Shown here in pieces: positions 40,541-53,400 of a DNA stretch of 64,000 nt. The notes beneath the pieces are model-generated. The model had not been told where the DNA came from. It did no database searches and saw only the letters and a list, made by a program, of their open reading frames with translations. Every line of letters starts with the position of its first letter. The first letter of the stretch is position 1. The stretch is taken from NCBI GenBank assembly GCA_964016885.1, contig OZ024750.1:11780001-11844000 (forward strand). The letters run 5' to 3'. The DNA comes from Eledone cirrhosa (taxonomy: Eukaryota). The position numbers and the translations under genes were made by a program.

Positions 40541-40585
40541 TTCTACAGGTCTAGAACTGTTTCATTCGTATGAAATCATCAGGAA
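40541..40585 (-). ncRNA. Minimal type I hammerhead ribozyme motif (left arm of palindrome 40538-40639)
   Basis: uuc CUGAUGA u uuc auac gaa u GAA ACAG uucuagac CUGU A gaa: all three stems, complete core, GUA site, U-U at the base of stem II. Confidence 0.7.
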
Positions 40586-41155
40586 TATAATTCCTGATGA
40601 TTTCATACGAATGAAAATTCTAAACCACCTGTAGAAGTCCTTTTTATGTACAATAAAGATGCCTATGCTCTACCAACATATTGAGTCTCTTCTTTAATTG
40701 TGCCCCCCCCCCCCCCTCCCCACCACCACTTGGGAACCTGTGTGTATGTATGTGTGTGTGTGGGGGGGGGGGTCATGTGAGCGTTTGCTGTGACTTTTCT
40801 TATGTCATAGTTTTTATTTTCATGTTTTATTTTTAGGTCCACTTTGGTTTTAAGTAGCAATGTAATTTTAGTGAGGTTATTGTTCAAAATTGAATGGTTA
40901 TTGGGGTTAATGACTGCAGAAGAAAACAGAGAAAAGCACTTGATTAAGGATGGTGTTCTACAGAAAGAAAGAAACATTAGTTAAGATATTTAGATGGGAA
41001 ATATATAATAGTGAGACATGAGGAGTGACTGCTACATCCAGTATAATTTGGTGGAGATAGTAAATACTTTGTTTGAGGAGAAACTCGTAGGAGGTTAGTC
41101 AAATGATGAAACTTAACAAATGTAAAACCTTGGTAAGTTAAAACTTATTCATTAA

Positions 41156-41487
41156 CCTAAGAATGATCACAACTGTAACACCCTAAGAATGATCACAACT
41201 GTAACACCCTAAGAATGATCACAACTGTAACACCCTAAGAATGATCACAACTGTAACACCCTAAGAATGATCACAACTGTAACACCCTAAGAATGATCAC
41301 AACTGTAACACCCTAAGAATGATCACAACTGTAACAGTCTAAGAATTATCACAACTGTAACAGTCTAAGAATTATCACAACTGTAACAGTCTAAGAATTA
41401 TCACAACTGTAACACCCTAAGAATGATCACAACTGTAACACCCTAAGAATGATCACAATTGTAACACTCTAAGAATTATCACAACTA
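41156..41487. repeat. 26-bp minisatellite, ~13 copies
   Basis: Unit cctaagaatgatcacaactgtaacac. Confidence 0.97.
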
Positions 41488-43028
41488 AAACTGCTAAGTA
41501 TATTTAGAGCACTATGTAGTACAACAATACCTAAATGTAATTAAGACTCTCTATCTATCTATCTATCCATCTGGATAGATAGATAGATAGGTGTAAGTTC
41601 CGAGTATGAAATGATGATGAGCCAAGTGGAGTAGACAATTTTACTTACTGAGATTAAGTAGGTAAAGTAATTGAGGTAGTTAGAGTAAATGAGAGAATTC
41701 TGAATCTCAGATTACTTACAGACAATAGGATAACGATGATTATTTCTACTTATGTACCACAGTGAGGACTAAGTAATGAACAAAAGGATCAGTACTATGA
41801 TGGCATCTTACAGATAGCTTCAATAATGTGAGAGATTAGTGGAAGAGAGACAGTGATGTCTGGTAAGAGAGAAGGGGTGAGTGATGGGTAACAGTAGAGA
41901 TTGGTGATTGATGTTGATATTGTGTGACCTGGAGGGGAGACGGTGATGTCAAGCACATTTTTGCTGGTAAGATAGAAAGGATGAGTGATAGGATAACAGT
42001 AGAGATTGGTGATGGATGTGATATTGTGTGACCTAGAGAAGAGGGAGTGAGGGCTAGTAGTATAGAAAAGTGATGGGATAGAAATAGATTTGATGCAATC
42101 CCTTTCATCTACTGCAGCTTAAGAGACGTCTCTCCACTCTATGTAGTCTCTCTCTTTCTCTCCATATTTACAGTGTTTGTACTAGAGGACATGTCTTTTG
42201 TAATCCCCGGTCAACATGATCCTACATCAGACCCTTCATCGGGTTCAGTTTTCTTGAGGTAATTCTTCACATTTTAGTCCCATGTCTTTCTTGGTGTCAA
42301 CTTTAACCACAAGTACTATCTCCTACAAGTACCCAGCCCGTTATACAACCCTCACTCTCTTTACACTCCACATGGTGCTAGTGGTGTACACACACACACG
42401 TTATATTATTCTACAAAAGAACAATCAAGTTTAGACACATTCCTAGATTAATTAACTAATAAAGAACTGATTAATTTAAGTTATTAAACTTTGGGTTAGA
42501 AGTATAATTTATTCATGCTCCCTTAACAAAGTAAAGACGGAGACAACATTGTTGATGTGTCACCTGTTTTGTTCATTACCATTCCTTCATTAAAAGTAAT
42601 ATCTCTGTTTTATTCATTACCATTCTTCCAAGGTAATATATCAAAGACTTCCTAACTGATTAGATTAAGGTTTTTACTTAACAAAATGTATTATAAATTC
42701 TATTTAATTTCACTTTATTTAGTATTAATTTATTCTTCATCTGTAACAGCCTTGTTTAATACTACTTTTATCACAATGGAATCAATATTTATTTGAAACA
42801 CTTTCTTGACCATTCAAGACTGCAATATCCCTGTGAAGTTAGAATTTCTCTGAAAGTCTGTTCTTATTCCATAAAGAAGTTGGTCTTCTAATTCTTGACC
42901 GTATAAAGTATCTGAGTACCTTTTTAACTGTGTTCAGCCCCCCCCCCCCATATGAATCGGGAGTCCACCTATTATATATATATATATAGTAAAATAAAAC
43001 AAGGCCAAGTGCTTACGCCTTCATTACG

Positions 43029-43127
43029 TTTATTGGTTGGTGGCGCGCGTTTCGCCACTGATCAGCTCAAGGTTTGATCTGTATCGATCTAGCTCGACTT
43101 CGTAATCCCCGGCTCGTCAGCCCTCTT
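43029..43127 (-). ncRNA. Degenerate hammerhead motif with long stem II insertion and downstream AATAAA
   Basis: CUGACGA GCC...GGC GAAA CGCGCG CC; the site is GCC rather than GUC; lies between (TA)n tracts. Confidence 0.5.
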
Positions 43128-43246
43128 ATAATGGTAATGAAAAAAACAAAATATATATATATATATATTTAAAAGGTATTCAGAAATAACAACACAATCG
43201 GTACAGTATATGGAAGGAACATATTAGGTTAACGCTTGAAATAGCA

Positions 43247-43290
43247 GGAAGAGGGTCTTAACGTTTTGGATGGTCGTCCTTCATCAACAC
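43247..43290 (-). ncRNA. Degenerate hammerhead motif
   Basis: UUGAUGA a GGA cgacca UCC AAAA CGUU A; two core substitutions; palindromic AACGUU stem III. Confidence 0.4.
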
Positions 43291-43323
43291 ACACACAAAA
43301 ATTACTAAGATCACTAAATCAGA

Positions 43324-43392
<69 letters not shown>

Positions 43393-43489
43393 ATAATAAT
43401 AATAGTAGTAATAATAATAAATTTGAAGACTAAAATCCAAAGAGGGCTCGATAAGGATAAATATATATCAAATATATAAGGACCGTAGA

Positions 43490-43570
43490 GCAAAGTTTCA
43501 GAAGATCCCGTTAAGGGTGAAAGCAGCGATTCTTTGCTTAAACTTTAATCTGTTATTTTAATTTTTAAAA

Positions 43571-43604
<34 letters not shown>

Positions 43605-43739
43605 GTGTGTGTAATGTGTAATTTTATAATGTGTAATATAATATATATATATATATATGTGTGTGTAATGTGTAATTTTATAATGTGTAATATAATATAT
43701 ATATATATATGTGTGTGTAATGTGTAATTTTATAATGTG

Positions 43740-43777
<38 letters not shown>

Positions 43778-43839
43778 TAAAATAACAGATTAAAGTTTAA
43801 GCAAAGAATCGATGCTTTCACCCTTAACGGGATCTTCTG
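43490..43839. repeat. 64-bp inverted repeat (1 mismatch) around a TA-rich spacer; arms carry a hammerhead-like motif
   Basis: 43499-43562 versus 43776-43839; motif CAGAAGA t ccc gttaa ggg t GAAA. Confidence 0.85.
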
Positions 43840-44074
43840 TACTATTATTACTATGTGTGTGTGTGTGTGTGTGTGTAGTTTTTACTTTGGTCGGCTTCGT
43901 TTTGTTACATTTTAGTTATTTCACCTCTTCACTTTTCTTCCTTTCCTTCTTTGAAAAGATTATCCTGAAATATTTTTATCGGTCAGATAAAAACAACAAC
44001 AGCAACAGACACATAAATACACAAAACAAAACCAAAAGAAAAACGAAGTATCATGAATATATATATATAATATA

Positions 44075-44111
<37 letters not shown>

Positions 44112-44805
44112 TAGAGAGAGTATGTTTAGTGTGATGTATATAACTGCACCTGTTCACATTTGGTGTTTTTCTAAGCTTGGTTTGAGACAGCTTGTTGATA
44201 ACAATGCGTAACTAAGATATTACACATTGATAACTTAAATATACAAGAAACTTGTTTCTTGGCTTCAAACATCCTAGATTTATGGCAGCAACTACAACTA
44301 CAACAACAATATATGTAGTAATAATATATAGTAACAATTGTAAAAACTCTGGGACTGATGACTGACTTGTATGTAGAGTTTACTGAAGAGGTTCTTTGGT
44401 TGAGTTTAAAGGGATGGAATAGAGAGATAGAGAGATTTGTGACAGCTGGTGGTATTAATAATGATGGGGAGGGGGGGGGGGGTCAGTGGTGGCGATGTAG
44501 CTAATGGTGGTAAAGACATTTCCATAATGGTGTTAAGGGATTCTCTTCCATCTTTGCTACATCAAGGAACACACAATTTGCTCTTTGTAAAATTTCCTCA
44601 AATGAGAAATATTATCAACTTTCCTCATTTCTCTGTACGTGTAATTTCCAGGGTCATTTAAAACATCTCTCTCTCCCTCGCACACATAGTGGGCTTCTGT
44701 ACAGTTTATGCCTACCAAATTTATTCAGAAGGTATTGGTCCATGTGAAGCTATAGTAAAAGACATATTGCCCAAATTACCATGCAGTGGGATAGAATCAT
44801 CATCA

Positions 44806-45475
44806 TCATCATCATCATCATCACCGTTTTACGTCCGTTCTTCCACGCTAGCATGGGTTAGACGGGTTGTCCTGTTGTGGGCAGTGTCTGGTCGGCTGAC
44901 CATGCCTTGCTCATACAGGAACTGATCTGGCTTGATTTCTACAGCTGGATGCCCTTCCTAACACCAACCTCATTTACAGTGAGTGCTGGGTGCTTTTTCG
45001 TGGCGCCTACACGTCCACTTTACAGTGTGGGCTGGGTGCTTTTTTGCCGTGGCACCTCCACGACCACCTTGCGGTGGGGGGGGGGGGGCATGTTGTTTAT
45101 ATGCTTCAGCATGTACCCATGGGAGGTCGGGTACCCTGTATTACTGCGTGACGCCAGAGGTCACGGTCGTGTGTCATTGACTTTGAGAGGTGTAGTTGGG
45201 TAAAGTCGGCTTTTATCACCTCATCCCAAGTCATCTTGGGTCTCCCCACTCCGCGGTTTCCATCAACTTCTAGTGCTCTGCACCTTTTTATGCAGCTGTC
45301 ATCCTTCATACGCATCACATGTCCATACCAGCGTAACCGCCTCTCCTGCACGCAGCATTTGATTCCTCTTATGCTCAGTCTCTCTCTCAATTCATTTATG
45401 CTTTGTCGTTCGCGTATATTGCTGTTACACATCCATCGGAGCATGCAGGCTTCGTTTCTCTCTAATCTACGTAAG
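44806..45475 (-). mobile_element. RTE-clade LINE, 5'-truncated (ORF C-terminus, 3'UTR, (GAT)n tail)
   Basis: ORF 45106-45489: MLRWMC...LRERL.IRGI...QERRLRWYGHVMRM...GRPKMTWDEVI...DRDLWR, a typical RTE C-terminus. Confidence 0.92.
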
Positions 45476-45960
45476 AATACCAATCCCAATTTCTAACTTC
45501 AAAAAGCTATTATCATAGCAGTAATACGCTTGGACAGGATTTGAGAGATACGGGGTTCAATTCTTCATGGGTGCTATCCGGTTATTTTCAGACATATAAC
45601 GTCTACTTTCTTCAGCTATAGAAAACTTACCAAACAAAAGGCTGGGAAGACTACTCAGCTGTTTCCAAGACATAACAACCTCCCTAGTGTTAGTATCATA
45701 ATATGGATTTGGTAGAGTACAGGAATGTATTTAAGTGAGATGAAGTCCAGACCTTCCAGCTCGTCTGAGAACTTGGTAAAGTGTGGCAAGATGCTGGCCT
45801 CCAGCTTATCTGAGAGATCAGTAGCTCTGCTTGAGTAGTGACTCGTTCTGTGACGAACCATCCAACCCTTGTTACCAGGGAAAATGGATGTTAATTGATG
45901 GAAATGATGATGATGTTAAATGAATTATTTCACTTTTTTTAACTGATCAAAATAATAATT

Positions 45961-46143
45961 GTTTCTACTTTTGGTACAAGGCCAGCAATTACCCAGTACA
46001 TTACTGGTACTTTATTTTATCGACCCCGTAAAGATGAAAGGCAAAGTTGACCTCGGCGGGATTTGAACTCAGAATGGAAAGGGCCGTAATTCTATGCGTC
46101 AAATCATGACGTCCGACCCTCTACCGATACTGCCAATCCACCG
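45961..46143 (-). mobile_element. tRNA-derived SINE
   Basis: Full-length young-family copy. Confidence 0.92.
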
Positions 46144-47486
46144 AATAATGAAAGCAGCAACAATAAAAACAGCAACAACAACAATAGGATAATATTAGGT
46201 GAACTAGATATTATTGTCAGCAGCAGAAAGTTATATAATGTTGGAAGTAGCCCAAAATCTGAAGTAGGAAGAAAATCTTTGTCTGATGGCTCCCTTCTCT
46301 ACCTAATGTTACAATGTCTGGTTGTTTGGTAAATGAGAGTCAATTCAAAGTTTATAAGGGTGAGGGGGAGAAACAATTGCTTGTCCTGACCCTGAGACCA
46401 ACTATACAAATTATAACTTCCCTTTTCTAAAACAGGAAATAAATATTATGTTCCATTCCACTTGGTATTTCTAAATTAACAGTAGTAGATCTTTCAGTAG
46501 ACAATTGGCACTAGGTCTTCCTCAACTGACGAAACAAACACACTTGTTGAAAAGTTGGTTACATTTGAATAATTTGTGTAAATATTACTAAACATGTACA
46601 TTCTTACCAAACATGTACAAAATTCTCTCTAAATATGTACAATATCTATTAAACACATACACTATTTTTTCTTACTAATAATTCCAGACAAAGGAAATAA
46701 AATTTAAAGTTGATGACATTTGATGGAACTGTTATGGAGCAAATAAACTGCACTGGTTGTTATGGTGCATAAATGTAAATGTATGCACACACAAACCTCT
46801 ATGGGTGCATATATATATATAGTTGTTAGGAAGTTGAATAGAATGCTTTGTGGTATTCGTTCCGGCTCTCTGAAGTTCAAATCCTGCCGAGGTCAACTTT
46901 GCCTTTCATCCTTTCGGGGTTGATAAAAAAAAAAGTACCAGTCTAATATTGGGGTCGATTCTTTCTCTCTCTGGAAGGAATCTGCTGTACTCAGGCCTGG
47001 AGAAGGGATGGGCTTCACCAGGCTTAAAATGCCCAAGAAATGCTGTATGTCAATACAGCACCCCTACGACTCTAACAGGACCATACCACCATACCGTATA
47101 TTCATCATCATCATATATATATGTATATATAAAATCCACAAATATTAGATGTTTAAGGTATAATAAAATATAAACAATTGAGCTATTGTCAGTAATGCAA
47201 CACCCTAATGACCTGGCCAGCTGGAGCTCTCACAATAATAGTTTGTATTTTGCTATTTTAGGTCTCTGCAATCACAACTTCTAAAAACTGGTTTTCATTC
47301 ACAATTGTCTTCAGTAGTGGAAGATAATGAATGTTTGGAGTGGTCAGGTCACTTAAAGTATTGTCTTTCTCTCTCTCTCTCTTTCTCTCTCTCTCTGTTT
47401 GGAGTGGTCAGGTCACTTACAGTATTGTGTGTGTGTGTGTGTATGTTTTCAGTTGTTATTTGTTCTGTAGTATAATATCAAACACA

Positions 47487-47565
47487 GTGGGTAAGAGGTA
47501 GTAAATACTTGAGACATTTTCAGTAGAGGGGGAAATGTCTCAAGTATTTACTACCATTTACCCAC
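47487..47565. repeat. 33-bp hairpin with a 23-bp perfect core
   Basis: gtgggtaagaggtagtaaatacttgagacattt / aaatgtctcaagtatttactaccatttacccac. Confidence 0.9.
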
Positions 47566-47832
47566 AGACCCACCATTACTACCTCTTCCCCACAGACACA
47601 CCATTACTAACCCCACAGAAAAACCATTACTAACTGGCCAGCTCTTGCTGTTTGTTATTATAAAATGTCAATTTTATGTCGTATTTAATAATGGTTTTGG
47701 ACGGGGAGGGACAAGTCAATTAAATCGGCCTTAGTACATTACTGGTACTTTATTTTATCGATCCTGTAAGGATGAAATGAAGGACTGAAAACAATTGCTT
47801 TAGTAAGGTTTGAACTCCTGATTATCTTGTCA

Positions 47833-48060
47833 TTAACCCTTTAGCATTTAAACCGGCCGTATCTGGCCAGAATTCTCTCACCTCTTTCTGTTCAAACTTG
47901 CTGTAACTGGCCACTCATACTGATGTTAAGGTGTTGTTCTTAAAATAAATAAAATCAAAATCTCATAGATTCGATATTATGTGAGATATTATGTAATATA
48001 AAGCCTTTACCGTGAAAATACCATAGTATATATAGAGTAATGTGAATGCTAAAGGGTTAA
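47833..48060. mobile_element. piggyBac-type MITE family 1, complete
   Basis: ttaaccctttagcatt ... aatgctaaagggttaa. Confidence 0.9.
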
Positions 48061-48491
48061 TCTAGCTCTTTACTCACAAACATTGGGATTCTTTTATTTA
48101 TGTATTTGTTTGTTTGTTTTTGGTCTTCTTTTCATTGCTGTGCAGAGTCTTTATATATGAGGTGCCTTATGTTGCTTTAATTGACTGTAATGATAGATCT
48201 CAAGAATTAATGTAAGCACATAAGTCTTAGATTCCACTCTAATCAGCATTTATTTATTATTGCTAGGAGCGAGCTTGATCAACTTTGAATTTGCTAGGAC
48301 TTGCTTTGATCAAATAGTTATTAGCAGAAGCTGGTTAGGCCAGTTTGGTATTACCAGCTCCAGTTTTTGATTAGGCCAATCTAGAACCTAGCTAGACCAG
48401 CTTGTTTATGCTAGGATCTGGCTATGCTAACTTGGTATTTATAGCAGCTAGCATGACAAACTTGCTTGAGCCAGGAGCTAACTTGGCTTAG

Positions 48492-48935
48492 TGTCTCTCT
48501 AGGGTTGATGTCTCTGTAGGGGTTAGCTGGGTTGATGTCTCTGTAGGGGTTAGCTGGGTTGATGTCTCTCTAGGAGTTAGCTGGGTTGATGTCTCTGTAG
48601 GGGTTGGCTGGGTTGATGTCTCTGTAGGGGTTGGCTGGGTTGATGTCTCTGTAGGGGTTAACTGGGTTGATGTCTCTGTAGGGGTTAACTAGGTTGATGT
48701 CTCTGTAAGGGTTAACTAGGTTGTCTCTGTAGGGGTTAACTAGGTTGATGTCTCTGTAGGGGTTAACTAGGTTGATGTCTCTGTAGGGGTTAACTAGGTT
48801 GATGTCTCTGTAGGGGTTAACTAGGTTGATGTCTCTGTAGGGGTTGGCTGGGTTGATGTCTCTGTAGGGGTTAGCTGGGTTGATGTCTCTGTATGGGTTA
48901 GATGGGTTGATGTCTGTAGGGCTTAGCTGGGTTGT
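48492..48935. repeat. 27-bp G-rich minisatellite, ~16 copies
   Basis: Unit ctgtaggggttagctgggttgatgtct. Confidence 0.96.
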
Positions 48936-49896
48936 TTTGTTTTGCCATAAAAAGTTATCATATACATTACTAAGTTTGATTGAAATCTTGAAATCTGAAA
49001 AAAGTCAAATATGAAATAATTAGGTCATTAAAATGAAATGACAATCTATTTGAAATCAAACTAATTAATGAAGAAGACAATTATATCTTTGAGGTAGAAT
49101 CTTCGATTCATTAATTTTACCATAAAAATAGTATATTTTTTTTAAAAGGGAAAATAGTTTTTTTATTTTTTTATTTCTTGCAACCTTTTTATATTTTTTA
49201 AATTTATTATCAGTAAAGGTAAATTATGTTGCCTCTGCCTGGATCCTTCCTCCCTCGGTCTGTCTGTATCAATCTCTCTCTCTCTAGCTGGTCTATCTGC
49301 CTCTGATAATATCTCTTCCATTGAGAGATGTGTTGAAATTAATAGCTTCATTTCCCTTATTTGTTCTTGTTTCTTTGTTACTTTTTTTTTTGTTCCCTTT
49401 CCTCTTGATAAAGTGCCAATGGTATGTAATTAGCTGTGTATATATACATACATATGTATATATACATATATATACATATACAGGCATATACTGACAGACC
49501 AGTGTGACTGCATCACACACAATTGTTCCACTTTTTCAATGTTGCTTTGTATAAGTCAGTGGATGCTTGAAAAGCATTGCACTTAAGTGACAACTGAAAC
49601 ACTTGTCACACAAATGCCACCTCTGCTGTGACCCTAACACCAACTACAACAGCAACAGCAACTAAAGGCATACTACAGTCAGGTCAACATTCTATCTGCT
49701 ACATCTATCTCTCTATCTACATATATATAGATATATAGATATAATATTTCTGCTCTCTTCTCCGATTGAGCATTGTTTTTCTTTTTCCTTTTCACATCTA
49801 CGGATATTGCTGCATATATCTATCTATCTATATATATATATATATATAAATATATTTGTGATCCTTCATTTAGATGGGATATTTTGTGTTGCGTAC

Positions 49897-49941
49897 ATGA
49901 AGGGGTTGCCAGTAACAATGAAATGTTTACATATGGTGTTG
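49897..49941 (+). CDS. Candidate alternative first coding exon C of the FRMD4-like gene (MKGLPVTMKCLHMVL)
   Basis: ATG to TTG|gtaagt is 15 codons, phase 0. Confidence 0.45.
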
Positions 49942-50043
49942 GTAAGTAAGTCTTGTAATATTGTTGTGAAGGGATTCAGCTTGGAGGGTAAATGATTGAT
50001 TGATTGAAAAGCCACAAACTTTTCACTACAAATCAAAAGTTAG

Positions 50044-50063
50044 TCTCTCTCTCTCTCTCTCTG

Positions 50064-50140
<77 letters not shown>

Positions 50141-50181
50141 GTCTCTCGCTCTCTGTCTCTGTCTCTCGCTCTCTGTCTCTC

Positions 50182-50243
<62 letters not shown>

Positions 50244-50430
50244 AGTGTGTATTTGATACAAAATGCTCAATTAGATGCTTATAATAGTCTACACACACAC
50301 ACACACACACACACACTTACACATCCACATACTTACACACCCACATGAGACACACCCCTATAACAACTACAAACCGCCCTAACACATACACACACCCACC
50401 TATCACACATACAACACACACACACACTCA
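50044..50430. repeat. (CT)n and (CA)n microsatellites
   Basis: Direct inspection. Confidence 0.95.
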
Positions 50431-53400
50431 TAACGCACTGATATGTATAAGTGGTACACGTGGAGATGGATCCAGAACAGGAACCTCACACACACAAATA
50501 AGATAACAAATACCTGGTCACACACCAGACATGTAGCTCCACAGTCACATGTAGCTCCACAGTCACATGTATCTCCACAGAAATGTTATCTTGTGTACGT
50601 TCATCTCAGTCCCCAAGGTTATATCACACACACACACAACACACATTCATTCTATTTTTCAATTTGAATGAAGTAAATGTTTTTCAACGTAGTTTCATAA
50701 TAACTGAAGCTTCGCTGTGTTTTTCAATGTAGTTTCAATGTATAACCAAGTCTTCAGTGGTGTTCTAAAACCTGACACTTGATATTTTGGTGTTATTGCA
50801 GTGTTTTTAACATATTAGGATGTTATTGATATTTATGTTTTGAATTCTCTTTACAAAACTATTCTCTTCTTCTTTGTAATAACTTCATCATCAAACATTG
50901 TATAGTTATTATATCAAATGTTGTTATTGTATCAAATGTTCATTCAGGCTGCTTTTCAAAATCACTAATGTTGGTAACTTAAGTTTGTTTCTTTGTTTAG
51001 TTTCTTCTTTTCAATTCTATGCATGTTTAGTTATGTAAGAGAGAAATTTGATTACGCTTCCAGCAACATAGTATATATAATATTTGTCATCAATATAGCT
51101 TTATATACATTTTTGATGCAAGTCATTAAACTAACTGTTCAGAGGAAAGGTATGGTTAGCCTATTTCACCTAGGTCTCACCTGTGTCAGGGGAAAGGCAA
51201 AGTTGATATGTCTTACCTGAGTCTCCCTGTGTCATAGGAAAAGCACCCAACTTATCTTACCTCTGAACGTGATGCAAAGGACTTTTTCCCTTGGAAAACA
51301 GAGAAGAAGTGTTAGAATTACGATTAGGGGGTAAAGAAAACTCTGGGAGGTTGGCATGTGGGAAGTTCTCCTCCTCTGTTTTCCAGGTGATAAAAAGTCC
51401 TTTGTAGCAGTAGGTAGCACACGTAAATCAAAATGAGGAAAAATAATTACATCTCACTAAAATCAATGGAGGTGTGAAGTGGGTCTACAAATTTACCAAA
51501 AATACTTACCCCAGATTCTATACAGTTTACACTGTGGAATGCGCATTCTATACAGTGTACACCATGGAATCAAACCCTAAACTATGTGGTTGTGAAACAA
51601 ATGTCTTAACTATACATCCATACTAGTGTCTATTGATAAATTATAACTTCATGTTGTTGATTACTATTTCATAGTTAGTCCTAACAATAAGGACACATGA
51701 TGTTGTTTTACATGGAGATATTAGTCATTATTAAATTTATACTGGAGATGTAATTTCTAATCAATAGATTTTTAGCTCATACAAGTAATATTTTTCTTAA
51801 ATTCATTGATAGTCATGTAACGTATGTTTTTAGACATCAAAGAAAGAACCTTTTGAAGATGCTGTTTATGTGTGTGTGTGTCTAAATATATTAATATCTT
51901 GCTAGTCCAAACTTGGTATAAGCTATATGTTTTCTTTATTGGCTGTAAAATCTGCCAATAACTTTATTATTATTATTGTTGTAGTTTTTATTGATTGATT
52001 GATTGCTAATAAGCATGCCTCTCATTTTTATTGGACTTCCAATTAGAATTAAACTCAACATTTGTATTGCCATTTCATTTCTGTTTTCTACAGAAAAATA
52101 TTTCTATGAAATGTAGAAAGGAGGGAAAAACCTGTTCTCAACTGATGACTAATTTATTCATAGTTTTTGATAGTTCATAGTATAGTTAGTACTTCAAAGA
52201 TATTCGAGGAATAATAAGTTATAGCTATCAACTGCAGAGAAAAAGTTATAAAAAAAGGGATTAAATTTTAAACTAGGACCTAAAACTTATAGTAAACCAC
52301 CAAGCTTCTCTTCAGAAAAGATACACTGGAGATTGTATATCTATCAGATGTTGATCCACAGAGTTATCTAATTAACAATGATTGAAAATGTTACCAACAT
52401 CTTATAACATCTTATGACTGAGGATGGAGATGATATGGCGTAAGACAGAGAATGATTTAAACTCAGTCTTCCTAACTTAAATGGATTTCTAGCTTTAGAA
52501 CTGAAATAGTTTAGAACAGTTTGGATACTTTAATGGAGTTAGCAATGTATGAAGAATACTTTTAAAAGAGTTCACTAATTGATGTGAGAATTATGTAATT
52601 GGTAGAGTGGCTGTGTTGACTTCTGGCTCTCTGCAGTGAATTGGCAGTGCTGCTGTCTCTCTAGTAAATTGGTAGAGAGGTGGTACTGGCTCTCTAGTGA
52701 ACTGGTGGAATGGTGGTACTGACTCTCTGCAGTGAATTGGTAGAGTGGTGGTGCTGACTCTCTGCAGTGAATTGGCACAAGTCATTAGTACTGCATAGAT
52801 GTCAGATGTATCCAAGACAACCTCCATCTCGTGTTATACATTCTACAAAAAGCTGATAATAACTCTGCTTTAGGTAGGACTTCAATTTTTATCAAATCTA
52901 ATGCTTTTGATAAGGTCAGGGATCAGTACTTAGCTGTCCTAAGTGCAGCCAGTTTGACCTTTGGGTCAGATATTATGAATAATTTCTTAAAGTCATAGGA
53001 GTGTTGGCTGCCTTTGAAGAAACTCTACCTGCAGGGCAGTGATATCTGCCTGGCTTGTCCAAGATGCACAGAGAGCAAATAAGCCATTTTTCAGAGTGGT
53101 AACTGCCTGATGATTGCTGATTTGTAGAGTTCTATTGGACAGCTGTTGTTACATGTAGGATGGCTCAAGATGTCAATGAATTCCTTCATGAAGATTGCCC
53201 TTCCATATCCCTTTAGTAGAGAACAGCAGTTAGTTTTCTTCTGTCTGGTGGCTGTTATGTAAAACTTTGTATGGTTCACAAGAGTGAACTAAGGTCCGAC
53301 ATTGCCCTCTCTAGCTAAGCCTTCAACAATCTGTACAACTGAGTGAAATAAAGACAGATACTTCCATCTCTGGCTAAATCTCCAACAATCTGTTGAATAA

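Noticed and set aside
45106-45489. Host protein-coding gene (127 aa)
   Set aside because: It is the C-terminus of a 5'-truncated RTE LINE ORF.
48492-48935. Interstitial telomeric repeat
   Set aside because: No true (TTAGGG)n; only a similar motif inside a 27-bp unit.
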